Source of the DNA: Macrostomum lignano
Taxonomy: Eukaryota
DNA length: 64,000 nucleotides
Assembly (NCBI GenBank): GCA_002269645.1
Contig: NIVC01001785.1
Span: forward strand, 124,001-188,000
Direction: 5' to 3'
Shown: positions 62,858-64,000 of the stretch, one piece after another
How positions within the stretch are numbered: position 1 is the first letter of the stretch
Layout of the letters: each line of letters begins with the position of its first letter
The notes under the pieces: generated by a model
Databases searched by the model: none
What the model saw: only the letters and a program-made list of their open reading frames with translations
Told to the model about the DNA's origin: nothing
Translations under genes and position numbers: made by a program

Positions 62858-64000
62858 TATATATATATATATTAAGACGCAGAGGGGAGGACCCTTGCGC
62901 GCGCGCACTCGCAGAACAGGCGGGAGGGGCAGGCAGCAGCAGCCTGAGCGGTCAGCTCAAGCGCCTGCAAGTCAGCGATGAGGCAGTCCGTTAGAGTGGC
63001 AGTGCGGGCCTGGCCGCGGCGCAATTGCTCGGTCGGCCGGTGCAGCATGGCCAGGGCCAGAGGGACGGGCGCACTGCGACCCAGGGTAGCGCTCAGGGGC
63101 GGAGTTCCAGCGCGGGCCATCAGAGCGTTGGTCGACAGGCGATCCGGGTAGTGCACGCCCAGCAGCGATCGGTAAAGCGCGTCCAAGGCTCGCTCTCGCG
63201 TTTCGGTCAGCGACACAGCCTCCATGCCGTACAGCAGGATCGGCTCGACGGCCGCGCGGAACAGGCGCACCTTCAGGTCGTCTCTGGCAGCTGTAGTAAA
63301 AACGTTCATGAGGAGGTGCACGGCGCGCCAGGCCTGGTTCCTTCTGTCGGAGACAATTGCATCGGGGCTAATCACCAGGGCGCCGAGGCACCGGAAGTCC
63401 TTGCACACCGCGATGCGGTCTCCATTGGGCAGCGTTAGAGTTGGGACGGTATTCGTGCTCACGTGCAGCGCCTCCGTCTTGCGAGCGTTCACCAGCAGTC
63501 CAACACGGGCACCCTCGTCGCAGAGCCTTGTGAGAGCGCGCTGGGCAGCAGCTGGATCGCGGCAGAGCAGCGCGATGTCGTCAGCATACGCGAGAGCGGG
63601 AAGCGAAACAGCAGGGTGTCTGGAGCTTCGGCGTGAGACCAGCAAGTAGCTGTCATCCTCGCGGAGGGACCGACGAAGCACGTAGTCCACAACCACGAGG
63701 AAGAGCAGAGGAGCCAGCGTGTAGCCCTGAAGGACCCCTGAACTGGTGCCGAACTCTTCTGTGGGGCCGTCGCTCGACATGACAAAAGCCCTGGAGTCGC
63801 GGTAGAGGTCCATTACCGCGCTCACCAGCGCAGCAGGTACACCATAGTGAGATAAAAGCCAAGCGATCGCAGGCCTGGACACCGAGTCAAACGCCTTGCG
63901 AAAGTCGACAAAGATGATTGACACGGAGCGCTGGCGGGTCTTGCAGGCCTCGATGACAGAGCGGATGGTGGCAACCTGCTCGGTGGTGGACCTGCCCGGG
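62858..64000 (-). mobile_element. Non-LTR retrotransposon 3' part (RTE-like RT), running off the window
   Basis: FVDFRKAFDSV, GVLQGYTLAPLLF and LAYADDIALL. The ORF stop is followed directly by a (TA)n tail. Confidence 0.9.

Overview
This window is eukaryotic (metazoan) genomic DNA, not prokaryotic. It has short GC-rich exons, canonical GT-AG introns, and introns filled with unrelated minisatellites. That architecture is most consistent with a free-living flatworm such as Macrostomum, but this is an inference. Three multi-exon genes could be assembled by hand. (1) The 3' part of a GRK4/5/6-subfamily G protein-coupled receptor kinase on + (827-~18943), with two candidate alternative last exons. 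(2) A nicotinic acetylcholine receptor alpha subunit on - (38371-24198). (3) A brahma/SMARCA2/4 SWI/SNF ATPase on - (~57554-40358). Mobile DNA comprises an Ingi-like LINE (PHD-APE-RT-RNaseH-CCHC) sitting in a CAA-rich array, a frameshifted piggyBac/PGBD4-like transposase, two copies of a tRNA-derived SINE, a deleted Merlin-like element with a nested hAT-type MITE, a second MITE, and the 3' end of an RTE-like LINE. About 30 distinct tandem arrays (4-55 bp units) occupy a large part of the window. Most long ORFs in the supplied track are translations of these arrays and are not genes. The most striking system-level observation is that almost every intron carries its own private minisatellite, often abutting the splice signals, and many units share a GATT/AATC core. 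Coordinates were counted by hand; exon boundaries should be within a few bases and array edges are approximate.
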